Source: Caecitellus pseudoparvulus
Taxonomy: Eukaryota > Protista > Bigyra: Bicosoecida
Direction: 5' to 3'
NCBI GenBank assembly: GCA_965644315.1
Contig: CBFFRQ010000069.1
Coordinates: forward strand, 1-64,000
DNA: 64,000 nucleotides
The translations under genes were made by a program, and so were the position numbers. Numbering within the stretch: position 1 is the stretch's first letter; every line of letters begins with the position of its first letter. Below are positions 53,469-64,000 of this stretch, piece by piece. Below the pieces are notes generated by a model. It saw nothing but the letters and a program-made list of their open reading frames with translations, did not search any database and was not told the origin of the DNA.

Positions 53469-54153
53469 TCAGTCATCGCCACCTCCTCGCCGCCGCGCCT
53501 TCACCTCTGACCGCCGCCGCTTGGAATCCCGTCGAGCAGCCTTGGTGGCCTCTGACAGCCCCTTCCACTGTTTGCGCGTCTTGGGCGGCACGGCCGCCTT
53601 GGCCAGCATGCGCCTCAGCTTGCTCTGTGCCTCTGTGATGTTGCCGTGCTGCCTGCGCCGTTTGGGGGGGTGGGAGGTGCAGTGCCTGCTGTGCGCCAGC
53701 CGCGCAGCACCACGCACGTGCGGTGCTTCTCTGATGTAACAATGAAGTCCCCCTCCTTGTTCACGTGCTTGTTGTACATGCTAGCCAGGCGCTCCGCCAC
53801 GTCGGCTGGCAACCAGTCCGAACTCTGCGTCGGTGAGAGTTGGGAGCAGGGTGATCAAGCACAGGGGTGGTGAGGGGGGCATGCACCGCACCTCGGACAG
53901 GTTAAAGCGCAGTTCGGCTTTCGTGTTGACCTTGTTCACGTTTTGGCCGCCCTGAGGCGGAGCAAGTGGCGATTGTTGGCGGCCGAGTGCCTCCCCCCGC
54001 AGGCGCCACACGCACAGCACCGGAGGAGCGGGCAAAGGACATCTTGATGCGATCCAGGCGCAGCTCTGGCTTCCACGTGCACAGGGTGCACCGAGGTAGG
54101 TGGCCCAGGGCGGCAGGCACGAGCGGCGCCAGGCGCCGGCTAACTGCAGCCAT
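53469..54153 (-). CDS. ICT1: Mitochondrial peptidyl-tRNA hydrolase ICT1/ArfB-like, spliced
   Basis: Transit-peptide-like N-terminus; FARSSGA|GGQNVNKVNTKAELRF; IVTSEKHR; basic tail KRRRSEVKARRR. Confidence 0.9.
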
Positions 54154-54356
54154 AACGCGAGCTGGATGCCCTCCTGCTATTCGACAGGCAGACGGGGGGG
54201 GGCAACGCGTTGCGGTCTAGGACCTATTCTTGCCACCTATATTTAAACAGGCTGCATCCCCAATTGCACCAATCCCGGAAAATTGCCTGCGCCTGGGCTG
54301 TGTCTTCGCTTGCGCTGCGGAAATTGAAAGTCCAGCTTCCGCAACCCACTCACAAC

Positions 54357-54952
54357 ATGGCTCGTGGCAGCAAGAACTTGAAGAGGCGCAGCGGCCGGCG
54401 CAAGGTCACGCGGCGGCTGGTCTCCAAGCCGTACAAGGGCGGGTTCAGGGACCCCACCATGCGCGAAAGCTTCGACACGAAGCTGACGACGGCGCAGAAC
54501 TACGCGAAGATTGGCCTGGAGGGCAACCCGAACGGCCTGGCGCAGCTCAAGGGCAGCAAGAGCAAGCAGGCCATTGACTCGGCGCAGTTCGTGGACATTG
54601 CCACCATCCAAGAGAAGCTGCACCAGCCTGGCAAGAAGTCTGTGAACCACATGAGGGAGGAAGAGGTGCGGCTCGCCCCCTGCCGCGGCCGAACGCAAGC
54701 GCCTTCATGCCCCCCCCCACCCTGCAGATTGAGTACTTGGAGCGCCTGCGCACGGCACACGGCGACAACTACAAGAAGATGGCTGTGGATGTGGAGCTGA
54801 ATTTCCAGCAACTCACGGCTGCCCGGCTGGAGCGGCGTTTCCAGCGCCTGGCCAGGTGGCGTGCCGAGCTGGCAGAGCAAGCTGCCGCAGCTGCTGGAGC
54901 AGGGGGCGGTAGCGACAGCGATGACGGCGACAGCACCAACTCGGACGCGTGA
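54357..54952 (+). CDS. NOP16: Nucleolar protein Nop16
   Basis: FDTKLTTAQNYAKIGLEGNPN; one intron; HGDNYKKMAVDVELNFQQLT. Confidence 0.88.
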
Positions 54953-55131
54953 TGGCTTCAGGCGTGAGCTGTGACAGCTGGCAGGGCCACGGGCTACCCG
55001 TTCGCTCGGCGACATGCTGCCCCGCAGAGGCACGGGCAAGGCTGCAGCAGATCCAGCATGCACAGTGCAGCAGTCAGCACACCGCCCGTAGTCAGACGTC
55101 ACCGGTGGCTCACAATGCAAGGCGCTGCGCC

Positions 55132-56105
55132 TCACGCCGGCTGCGCAACAGGCATGGCAGGCGAGGAGGCCTGGGCTGGTGCTGCAGGTGAGTGCACGCC
55201 CTCCACGGCATGAGACGGCGCGACTGGCATAGCGCCCACATCCAGCGCTGCCGGGGCCGGGGTCGGGGCGGCTGCGGCGCCTGATGTCGCCACACCCCCC
55301 GCGGCAAGATGGGCGTCCAGCTCGGCCAAGTCTGCTTCCACCTGGGACGTGTCCTCCTCCCCGTACAGCTTGGAGGCCAGCAACACCTCCTGCACTTCCG
55401 CCTGCTGCGCCAGAGCGTCGTCTGCGCTGTCCAGAATGGCCTGCACCCGAGATAGAGGCATGGCGTTGTTCACGGTCTCCAGCGCCCGAGTGCCGGCTGC
55501 GAGGCCCTCCAGCACATCCTCCTGCACTCCTTTCAAGTCCAACTCGTGATTCTGAGGTTGGTTGGGAGTGAGCATGAGCAGGGTGCTGCGGGGCGCTCGT
55601 TTGTGCCGCTGCAACGCACGAGGTGCTCCAGCTTCAAGCGGCCCGCGTGTGCCACGTCCAAAGCGTTCATCTTCATCCTGCAGCGGAGCAGCGATGAACA
55701 GTGCGCTTGCAAGGGTCTCAACCCAACGCCTGCCCCTGCGCGACGTGCGCCTCACTTCTTGATCTGCAACACCCGCCGAGCATCCTCCTGTGCACGCCGA
55801 GCCACGTGACCGCTGCTCTGCCAGCACGCAGGACCTGCGCAAGCAAGCGCGAGGGGGACACACCCTTTTGCCTGCTTTTAGCAATTCCCGCGCTTGAGCA
55901 TCGAAAACCGCCAGCTCTTTGTCAGTCTGCCGCGCAACGCAGGGGGCGGTGTCGTGGCGTTGCACAGGCGTTTCGCCTGCTGCCTCACCTTGGCAATGTA
56001 CTTCTCCAGGCGGTCTCGAGAAACCTTGAGCTTGAGCTGGAACTTGTCCTTCTCAGACGGCTCGTCAGGAGGGGGGGGCGCTGGTTTCGAGAACAGCCAG
56101 CCCAT
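55132..56105 (-). CDS. VPS20: ESCRT-III subunit Vps20/CHMP6, spliced
   Basis: Myristoylation-type start MGWLFSK; EKDKFQLKLKVSRDRLEKY; VLEGLAAGTRALETVN; VEADLAEL. Confidence 0.85.
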
Positions 56106-56245
56106 GTTGCGGCGCAGGGGAGCGCTGCTGGTCACGCCTGGCGCTGGCCACACAACGCAGTCACCTTCTACAGCAGGAGGGTAGAAGATAAACTTAGAGC
56201 AGAGAGCCACACAGTGCATGATGTCAGCCACAAGTAATGTTGCAT

Positions 56246-58405
56246 TCACCAGCGCTTGCGTTTGTGGCCCCTGTTGCGCCCCCGCTTCGAGCGCTGCGCC
56301 GCCCCCTGTGCCGCCTTGAACAGGTGTCCCCGCGCACCTCGGGAAGACGTGCCCATGATGGCGTTCACCGTGGCCTGCGCCGTGGCCTTGCCCATGCCAT
56401 CTGCCATGTCCTTGAACGACCGGGAGACGTACTCCTTCATGGCTGTCTTGCTGGCGTGGGTGGAGTAGGGGCTGGTGTCGGCGTAGGAGCAGCGGTAGAA
56501 GGTGCGGCTCTCGTACTCCGCCAGGAAGTCAGCGAAGGGGTTGGTGTCCTCCCCAGACATCTGCGCATGCATGTGCGGGTACACCACCTCCTTCTTGAAG
56601 GCCTCCACCTGGTCACGGATGGCCGTGCCCTCGTCGAACACGATGGGCCCATACGTCTCCCCGTGCTTCTTGTTGAAGTGCGGGAACTCTGGGTTGTGCA
56701 GGAACAGCCCCGTGGCAGGCGCCAGCGGCACGCTCATGCGTGTGTTCCGCGAAAAGATGACGTCCATCAGGAACGGCGGCAAGTACCCTCGGGCAAAGTC
56801 TGCCATGACGCTGACCATGTGTCGGATCTGGTTCAGGATGAAACTCTGCCCCCGCAGCGTGATGCGCACATACTCCATGTCCCCCACCATAAAGGCGTCC
56901 GAGACGTTGATGCTGTACAGCGTGCGCTGCGTCGCGGCGTCCCCCGACGTCATGCGGGGCGTGAAGTTGTGGAAGAAGTGCACCCCCACCAGGCGCCCAG
57001 CAGCCTCCCGCAGCCGCGCCAGGGTCTCGCCATCCAGGCGCCAAGGGTCCCGTGTGCGTTCCTCACGACGCTTGCCCTCCCACGCCGCACGGGCTGCCCA
57101 TGACGCCGCCTGGCCAGCTGCCTTCGCCTGCCCGTTGCAGAAGGGGTCCGCCGCCACTGCCGCCACCGCTTCACGCTGCAGGCAAGGGCCGGTGGTGACG
57201 TGAGTCACAGGCGCGATGGGCATGCAGTGGCTGTGGTGGAAGGCTGCTGTGCCTGGGCGGGGTGCGTTCGGCACGTAGTCCAGCGGCACGGCCTTGCGCT
57301 GAAAGCGGTGCTTCCACACCGTCGCCGCCAGGTAGATGTACTTGGCAGCGTCGAACGTCCAGCCCTTGGTCATGTGCACCACCTGCACCGCCTCGGGCTT
57401 GAAGTGTGCGTCGCCATCCGTGCCCTTGGACGCCTTGCTGCGCTCACCCCCCTCCTCCTCTTCCCCCCCCTCCTCTCGGGGACGCTTCGTGCCTCGAGCC
57501 GGGTCTGCTGTGCCACTGGCCTCCGCTGCGGGGGGCTTCACAGGCGCATCTCGCCCATCATCCAGGCCACGTGGGGTGTCTCCGGCCCACAGCTCGACCG
57601 CTGGCGCAGACACGACGGCGGGGTCCCAGGTCGTCGGCGGCAGGCGCGCGAAGACGCTGTGCCGGCCGCCCACGGCGGCAGACGCCGCCCAGGCCTGGCG
57701 CCGACCCGCCTCCTGAGCTGCCCCCGTCACGAAAGGGTCCTCTGTCGGCTTTCCAGGGATGACCACAGGCTCAGGCTCCCCAGGCCGCCGGGCCGCCTTC
57801 ACCCAGGGCTTAGCCGGTGCCCTGTCCGGCACGCCAACAGGCTTCAGGACGAAGGTGGGCAGCAAGTACTCGTACTGCCGCCCACCTGCTGCATGCTGAG
57901 CGGAGAACGACTTCACAGTGCGCTGCACCTTGTACACGCGCATGTTGGGCGGCAGGAAGGCGTTCAGGCGCTCCGCCGCCACACCAAAGCCCTCAGCCGG
58001 CTCCATGAGCTTGGCGCCGATCATGTTGGCGGCGGCGTGCACGCCCTTGTCTGTGCGGGCAGAGCGCGTCCAGTCCAGCTTGGGGCGGGCCTGCTTCGCG
58101 TCCTCGGGCCCGATGAGCTTCGCCTTCTCCAGCGCCTCGAACAGCTCATCCTCCAGCGTGCGCACGCCAGGGTTCCGCTGGATGCCGCTGTACCCAGTGC
58201 CAGTGTACCCGAAGATGATGAAGGCCTTGCGATACTTGGGCTTCGTTCGTGTCCTTGGCGTCTGCTCGCCGCCCTCCCCTGCCGCACTGCTCGCTTCTGA
58301 TGCACCTGGCGTGGCCGCGTCTGCCTGGCCCGCTGCGGAAATCGCCTCGCCGCCCTCTGCCATCGCCTGTCCAGCCACCGACTGCGTCTCGGTTTCCGCT
58401 TCCAT
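56246..58405 (-). CDS. PUS1: tRNA pseudouridine synthase, TruA family (Pus1-like)
   Basis: FGYTGTGYSGIQ, SARTDKGVHA, RQYEYLLPT, HFFHNFT, GQSFILNQIRHM and APATGLFL. Confidence 0.93.
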   Translation of the reverse strand: MEAETETQSVAGQAMAEGGEAISAAGQADAATPGASEASSAAGEGGEQTPRTRTKPKYRKAFIIFGYTGTGYSGIQRNPGVRTLEDELFEALEKAKLIGPEDAKQARPKLDWTRSARTDKGVHAAANMIGAKLMEPAEGFGVAAERLNAFLPPNMRVYKVQRTVKSFSAQHAAGGRQYEYLLPTFVLKPVGVPDRAPAKPWVKAARRPGEPEPVVIPGKPTEDPFVTGAAQEAGRRQAWAASAAVGGRHSVFARLPPTTWDPAVVSAPAVELWAGDTPRGLDDGRDAPVKPPAAEASGTADPARGTKRPREEGGEEEEGGERSKASKGTDGDAHFKPEAVQVVHMTKGWTFDAAKYIYLAATVWKHRFQRKAVPLDYVPNAPRPGTAAFHHSHCMPIAPVTHVTTGPCLQREAVAAVAADPFCNGQAKAAGQAASWAARAAWEGKRREERTRDPWRLDGETLARLREAAGRLVGVHFFHNFTPRMTSGDAATQRTLYSINVSDAFMVGDMEYVRITLRGQSFILNQIRHMVSVMADFARGYLPPFLMDVIFSRNTRMSVPLAPATGLFLHNPEFPHFNKKHGETYGPIVFDEGTAIRDQVEAFKKEVVYPHMHAQMSGEDTNPFADFLAEYESRTFYRCSYADTSPYSTHASKTAMKEYVSRSFKDMADGMGKATAQATVNAIMGTSSRGARGHLFKAAQGAAQRSKRGRNRGHKRKRW

Positions 58406-58803
58406 GAGGCACGAAATTCAGATACAGTGGAATATATGTGCCCCCTGGTGCTGGTGTTTGCTGCAGAGCGTGGCTCCTGTGCGCGAAAATGCCACTGGTG
58501 GGATGACAAGCTCTGGAGAGAAACTCCGAACCAAAAGCCCGAACAAGAAACAGCAGCTGGAAGTGCACCGAGCAGCAGAGGACCGGGATGAGCTGCGAGA
58601 TGGGCAGAAAATTGTCGCTGTGTGATATTTGCCGGGATTTTGCGAGCATTCTATTGAGTTCTGCAATTCTTCAGAGAAAATCTACTGGTGCTCACAAGTC
58701 TCTGGGCGGGGCAGCTGTGAGTAACTCATGATAGGTGGAGACCTGAAATGATAACTTCCGTAAATTCAGCCCTTTCAGAGGAAATGTGAAGGCTGACTTG
58801 GGC

Positions 58804-61251
58804 TCACCCGAGCAAATCATTACAATAGTCGTAGTAGATACCACCATGCCCATCTTTGTACGGGCACTGCACTGCGCTGGTAAAGTGGGACATGAAAAAG
58901 TACGAAGCGCAGGTCACAACTGTCAGAACAAAGGAGGCAGTCCACCCCGGCGGCCGCACCTCAAACGCTCGCAACAACCGACTCGTCATCAAGTCCAAGT
59001 AGTGCACCACCCCATACCCCCACGGCATGCGCCCCTCTCGACCCGCCGCCTCCCACGCCGCCTTCGCCGTCAGCTGCTCCCACACAGCTGCATGCTCGTC
59101 CTGCAGCGCCGGGGCATGCGCCTGCCGCACCCGCGCAGCGTACGCCGCATCCAGCCGGGGACAGCAGGGGTGGCACATGACACAGGTGTCCTGGGGTGCC
59201 ACATCACACCCGCCGCCCCGCACAGTGGGAGCTGGTGTGCCGCCGTGCACGCTCACCTGCCGTGCGGGGGACGCAGCGGGCGCCATCAGCACCATGGCGG
59301 GCGTGTGCGGTGTCGCTGCCGTGGGGGAGGCGGCGTCGGCCAGGTCCAGCGAGCGCGGGGTGCCGCTGCCGCCGCCCTGCTCCTCGTCCCCCGGCGGCCG
59401 AGGCGACGGCGTGCCGGGCATGGACATGCTGGGCACATCCGCTCCCAGGCTGCAGTCGCCCTTGCCTGCGCCTTCCCCGCTGTCATCCAGCAGGGCGACG
59501 GGTGTGGCTGCGGTGAGGGCCTTGCCTGGCAGGTGCAGGCGGCGGGTGTGGTAGGCCAGCGTGGCCTCGGTGTCGATGGGGGTGTACCCCACCGCCTCAC
59601 CCCACCACCAGCGTGCCGCAGCGTAGGCCAGGAAGGGCGCCACGTCTGTGCCCAGCTCCAGCACCAGCTGCACGGCGACGCGCCCGGTGATGTCGGTGAG
59701 GGTGAGAGGGGCGCCACCTGGCGTGGCGGGGATGCGGAAGAACGCCACCGTCGGGATCATCATGAGCACCGCCACATCCTCACACATGGTGTCCAGGTGC
59801 AGGAAGTGGTAGTGGGCCCGTGTGCGCCGGCGCTGCCACCACCTGCGCTCCTGTGCCGTCGCGCCGGGGTGGCTGCACAGGCGGCACCGCCGGGGCAGGC
59901 GGGCACACGCGGCTGAGTACATGGCGTCCCGGGCTGGCATGGTGAAGCGCATGAGCATCTCCACAGCAGCGATGGCGAGGGAGAGGCCGATGGTGACGTA
60001 GATGGAGTCGACGGCGGTGGTGAAGAAGCGGCCGAGGATGGCGGAGAAGGCGGCGGAGGGCAGCATGAAGAGGACCATGAGCTGTGAGGGGACTTCATGG
60101 GCGAGGGAGGAGCGGGCGAGCCAGCGCAGGACAGCCTGGATGCTCTCCAGCAGGATGGGCAGAACTACGAGCCTAATGAGCACCCGTCCCCACGTGTCAC
60201 TCGTGCTGAACGCTGGCAGGACGTAGGAGATGATGACGAAGATGAAGGCAATTGTGGCCCCAAACAGCACCAGGGCGCATCGCAGGGGCTGCTGGACGAA
60301 GTCAAAGGCAATGGACTGGAAGTGCATGGGCCAGGCCACCGAGGTGCAGATCTGCAGCGGGATTGAGGTGCTGAGGGTGTTTCGCAGCTGCCCAGGCGGC
60401 AGAGCAGGCGGGTGACGTACCAAGATGAGGCCGTTTGCACCGAGCAGGGTCAACATGGTCAGAGCGTCAGACCGAACCCGCACTGCCACACTCAGAAAGG
60501 GGATGCAGAGGAAGAGCAGGGAGGTCGCTGAGAGCATGAAGAGCCCGAAGGTGGAGCATCGCCTTGGGGTCTGCCACGCGGCGATGCCCAGCCAAATGCT
60601 CGCTGTCACCGACAAGGCGCTGAAAGCACCCTGGAAGCTGTACTTCAGCGCAGAAATCCAGAAAGTCGGAGTCTGCGACAATATCAGACGTTGGGGGTGT
60701 CTTTCGAAGGGTACCAAGGCTCCAGAAGGCGGCCAGCTGTCGAGCGAGCAAAGCCACTGCGGACTCACCTGCTCCACGGGAGACGGCAGCACTCGAAGCA
60801 AGGAAATTGTGTCAGTATCATCTACTTGAAGAGACAGGTTGTGGGGAGGGTAGGGGGCACTGAATCCACCGTCGGCGCGTGCTGCAGAGCAGGCGGTGCA
60901 TGCGAGGTGCGTGGTATGATGGTGAGTGGCCAGCTGAACTGCGTGGGAGCCCGTAGCAGGGCAACTCACAGGCTTCGCGGAAGGAGAAGACTGAGAAACT
61001 GTACTCCAGCCACACCAACAAGCAGCACAGTGCTGCAGCGCCAAATGCAATGGCCTTGACTTGCGCGAGGTGGTGCCTGCGAGAACGGGCGAAAGGTGCA
61101 GTGCCAGCACGTGGTGAGGACAGTGGCCCGGGAGCCAAGCAGGCGCGCATAGCTTTCTTTTATGCCTGAAAAGTCCAGACAGGGACCAGGGCAGCGTGGC
61201 AGCGGCCGCGTCCCGTGTCTGGCAGGGGAGGGAGCTGCGCATGTTCTCCAT
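58804..61251 (-). CDS. Multi-pass membrane protein of unknown family, paralog 1; 5' structure uncertain
   Basis: About 10 hydrophobic helices between ~60680 and 58880; in-frame 69-nt GT-AG intron 60420-60352; near-identical paralog further along the window. Confidence 0.7.
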   Translation of the reverse strand: MENMRSSLPCQTRDAAAATLPWSLSGLFRHKRKLCAPAWLPGHCPHHVLALHLSPVLAGTTSRKSRPLHLALQHCAACWCGWSTVSQSSPSAKPVSCPATGSHAVQLATHHHTTHLACTACSAARADGGFSAPYPPHNLSLQVDDTDTISLLRVLPSPVEQVSPQWLCSLDSWPPSGALVPFERHPQRLILSQTPTFWISALKYSFQGAFSALSVTASIWLGIAAWQTPRRCSTFGLFMLSATSLLFLCIPFLSVAVRVRSDALTMLTLLGANGLILVRHPPALPPGQLRNTLSTSIPLQICTSVAWPMHFQSIAFDFVQQPLRCALVLFGATIAFIFVIISYVLPAFSTSDTWGRVLIRLVVLPILLESIQAVLRWLARSSLAHEVPSQLMVLFMLPSAAFSAILGRFFTTAVDSIYVTIGLSLAIAAVEMLMRFTMPARDAMYSAACARLPRRCRLCSHPGATAQERRWWQRRRTRAHYHFLHLDTMCEDVAVLMMIPTVAFFRIPATPGGAPLTLTDITGRVAVQLVLELGTDVAPFLAYAAARWWWGEAVGYTPIDTEATLAYHTRRLHLPGKALTAATPVALLDDSGEGAGKGDCSLGADVPSMSMPGTPSPRPPGDEEQGGGSGTPRSLDLADAASPTAATPHTPAMVLMAPAASPARQVSVHGGTPAPTVRGGGCDVAPQDTCVMCHPCCPRLDAAYAARVRQAHAPALQDEHAAVWEQLTAKAAWEAAGREGRMPWGYGVVHYLDLMTSRLLRAFEVRPPGWTASFVLTVVTCASYFFMSHFTSAVQCPYKDGHGGIYYDYCNDLLG

Positions 61252-64000
61252 CGTCGGGCGCTGCGCCCACTACCCCCCCCTGCCCACCAAACACTTTGCG
61301 CTTGTGCTGCGATGCGCCACCTTCCAGGCAAAGGAAACGCACAGGGTGAGAAGGAACCGCGATCTTGGACTTGCTTGGTCTCCGGGCTTGAAGCTTCCGC
61401 TCCACAGTTTCGGAGCGTGCGCCGTGGCAGCAGAGAGGCCACCATCTGTCGGCTTTTCCATCACCCGCTCACCCAGCGCTTGCTGCTGGCAAAAAAGGTG
61501 ACGGCGGCACCACCTGGGAAGAGAGATGGGCCGGTGTCAGTGACACCAATCTTTGTGTTTGCCTTGCATCGGTGCCTAAACCACCCAGCTTCATGCAAGG
61601 GGACTGCATTGCAGGTGAAGTGGACCGGCTTGGTTTGGCCAGCTCGACGCAGTGCCAGGGCGGAAATTTCGCCACCGGGGACGTCCACGGTTCCGGCTCC
61701 CGCGCTGATCAATCGCTCCAAGAACTTGATAAACTGGGTCTTTTCTGCAGCTTTATGCGGAAGAGCATCGACAAGGGACCCACCTTCGTCCATTTTCTTC
61801 TCCAGCCAGCTTGAGGCAATCTAGGCGTTTCATTTGAAACGGGTTTGTGGGGTACCACACCTACAGCAGCAAGATCCAGCGCCAAAACTCACTGCGAAAA
61901 GGGTCAGTACAACGTCATCTGGGACTGGGACTCCTCTGGGTTTTACGATTCCGCGTTGTACGGCATCCTGTTGGCCATTCGGGGTTGTTGAGTGGGGTTG
62001 GGAACCATGCTGGCTCCCGCCAGCCGGATGGGCGGCCATCTGGAAAGAATCCAAGCCAAAACTAAAGTCCGTAGTACTGGGATAAGTTGTGCAGCTTTTA
62101 GTATGCTCTGAGTTGGATTTGAGTGAAGTATCATTTTATTCCTGCAAACCGATTTCCGCAATTCTCACTTGCCAATCACTACGACCTACAGCAAAACCTG
62201 CATCAGGCTGGCGAGTGCAAGCGATTGATTCCGCATGAAGTACATATCGATCAGTTTTTGGTGGGGTTCCCAACTCAAATATCCCAAGAATCCTCATTTC
62301 GCCATTTCTGATATAAGCCTGAACTCCTACAGTAGTCAATCAGCAATTTCTTACTGTAAGGTTTCACGAGACCTAATTGTGGGGATGACGTGGACCGCCA
62401 CACGCCACGGGCCGAATCTCATGAGTCAAGCAGGTGGCGGGACAGTCCATCTTACGGCGAGGGACTCAGACCATGCAACAGGGTGACATTAACTCCCCAC
62501 AGGCCGTTTCACTCTTGATTGCGCATTCTGGCAGCGCTGCACTGAGTCAAAGCGAGAGCCAACTTCCGACCGTGACCTCGGGCTACTTCCCGCAGCAGCA
62601 GCTGAGACAGCGCAGCCCCAAGGTAAACCCCTCCCTTCAAGGGCTGGTTCAAGGCGCCGCCCGCTCTTCACTTCGCCTTGCTATACAAGACAACTTCCCG
62701 CTGGTATAGGCCATGTGCACGGCAGTGGGACATGACCAAGTATGTGCTGGGCTGCCCATCGGCGGCTCGTGAGGGGAGGTTGGTTTCAGCGGTGCCCGGT
62801 CCTGGCCATGCGCACGAGAAAAGCCAAAGGAGCAAAGTGACTGGGGTCATGGGCCTCAGGGCCACAAGCCTGGACATCAGACAGCAGGCGAGCTCGCTGC
62901 GCTCACTGTTCGGGGCAGTAATCGTAGTACCACAGGCTGGAGCCTGCCTCCTCAACAAAGGGACATTGGATGGACGTCGCGAAGTGTGACTGAAAGAAGT
63001 AAATCGCACAACCAACCATGGTGGCAAGAAAGGAGGCAGTCCACCCCGGCGGCCGCACCTCAAACGCCCGCAGCAACCGACTCGTCATCAAGTCCAAGTA
63101 GTGCACCACCCCATACCCCCACGGCATGCGCCCCTCTCGACCCGCCGCCTCCCACGCCGCCTTCGCCGTCAGCTGCTCCCACACAGCTGCATGCTCGTCC
63201 TGCAGCGCCGGGGCATGCGCCTGCCGCACCCGCGCAGCATACGCCGCATCCAGCCGGGGACAGCAGGGGTGGCACATGACACAGGTGTCCTGGGGTGCCA
63301 CATCACACCCGCCGCCCCGCACAGTGGGAGCTGGTGTGCCGCCGTGCACGCTCACCTGCCGTGCGGGGGATGCAGCGGGCGCCATCAGCACCATGGCGGG
63401 CGTGTGCGGTGTCGCTGCCGTGGGGGAGGCGGCGTCGGCCAGGTCCAGCGAGCGCGGGGTGCCGCTGCCGCCGCCCTGCTCCTCGTCCCCCGGCGGCCGA
63501 GGCGACGGCGTGCCGGGCATGGACATGCTGGGCACATCCGCTCCCAGGCTGCAGTCGCCCTTGCCTGCGCCGTCCCCGCTGTCGTCCAGCAGGGCGACGG
63601 GTGTGGCTGCGGTGAGGGCCTTGCCTGGCAGGTGCAGGCGGCGGGTGTGGTAGGCCAGCGTGGCCTCGGTGTCGATGGGGGTGTACCCCACCGCCTCGCC
63701 CCACCACCAGCGTGCCGCAGCGTAGGCCAGGAAGGGCGCCACGTCTGTGCCCAGCTCCAGCACCAGCTGCACGGCGACGCGCCCGGTGATGTCGGTGAGG
63801 GTGAGAGGGGCGCCACCTGGCGTGGCGGGGATGCGGAAGAACGCCACCGTCGGGATCATCATGAGCACCGCCACATCCTCACACATGGTGTCCAGGTGCA
63901 GGAAGTGGTAGTGGGCTCGTGTGCGCCGGCGCTGCCGCCACCTGCGCTCCTGTGCCGTCGCGCCGGGGTGGCTGCACAGCCGGCACCGCCGGGGCAGGCG
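58930..64000. repeat. Direct repeat of at least 970 bp (58930-59901 vs 63029-64000, offset 4099)
   Basis: Matching ORF-track entries offset by 4099 bp; only scattered substitutions. Confidence 0.95.
62903..64000 (-). CDS. Multi-pass membrane protein, paralog 2 (3' part; continues beyond the window)
   Basis: 63029-64000 is almost identical to 58930-59901; it has its own diverged C-terminus ending YYDYCPEQ. Confidence 0.8.
   Translation of the reverse strand, partial: RLPRRCRLCSHPGATAQERRWRQRRRTRAHYHFLHLDTMCEDVAVLMMIPTVAFFRIPATPGGAPLTLTDITGRVAVQLVLELGTDVAPFLAYAAARWWWGEAVGYTPIDTEATLAYHTRRLHLPGKALTAATPVALLDDSGDGAGKGDCSLGADVPSMSMPGTPSPRPPGDEEQGGGSGTPRSLDLADAASPTAATPHTPAMVLMAPAASPARQVSVHGGTPAPTVRGGGCDVAPQDTCVMCHPCCPRLDAAYAARVRQAHAPALQDEHAAVWEQLTAKAAWEAAGREGRMPWGYGVVHYLDLMTSRLLRAFEVRPPGWTASFLATMVGCAIYFFQSHFATSIQCPFVEEAGSSLWYYDYCPEQ

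Noticed and set aside
22300-58300. Long antisense or alternate-frame ORFs over ACC, UTP12, OM47-like and PUS1
   Set aside because: Expected shadows of high-GC codon usage; no independent motifs.
45001-58405. Ribosome-biogenesis/translation cluster (UTP12, ICT1, NOP16, PUS1)
   Set aside because: Interspersed with unrelated genes and plausible by chance in a compact genome.
61252-62902. Possible extra exons or gene between the TM paralogs
   Set aside because: Only short ORFs and scattered splice-like sites; I could not build a supportable model.

Overview
This window is the left end of a chromosome from a GC-rich, gene-dense eukaryote with short introns. A heterotrophic stramenopile-like protist is my inference only. 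It opens with 1.82 kb of (CCCTAA)n telomere. The next ~9 kb is a layered subtelomere divided by two short internal telomere tracts (4747-4769, 9188-9214). Module A (1825-4746) has a gag/ORF1-like reading frame: RRM-like fold, basic patch and a papain/C39-like Cys-His-Asn protease motif, split by a 1-nt shift in a G6 run. Module B (4770-9187) has a highly structured GC-rich leader with a 167-bp direct repeat, fused to the RT-thumb and CCHC zinc-knuckle end of a LINE ORF2, then 8.5 copies of a 154-bp repeat. A TTAA-flanked Kolobok-like DNA transposon follows, cut off by telomere repeats before its catalytic core. Both retro-modules point their 5' ends at the telomere, as HeT-A/TART-type telomeric retroelements do. 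This is the best candidate for an undescribed system. From 11 kb inward the genes are mostly ordinary and tightly packed: an RCC1-repeat/mucin/multi-TM surface protein, a lipase, acetyl-CoA carboxylase, tRNA-Lys(CTT), two kinases, Mis18, a RING E3, a FERM-IQ protein, an ankyrin protein, UTP12, a GS-hydroquinone reductase, an OM47-like beta-barrel, an UNC-93-like MFS, ICT1, NOP16, VPS20, PUS1 and two paralogous multi-TM genes. All family calls come from reading motifs by eye; no searches were run.
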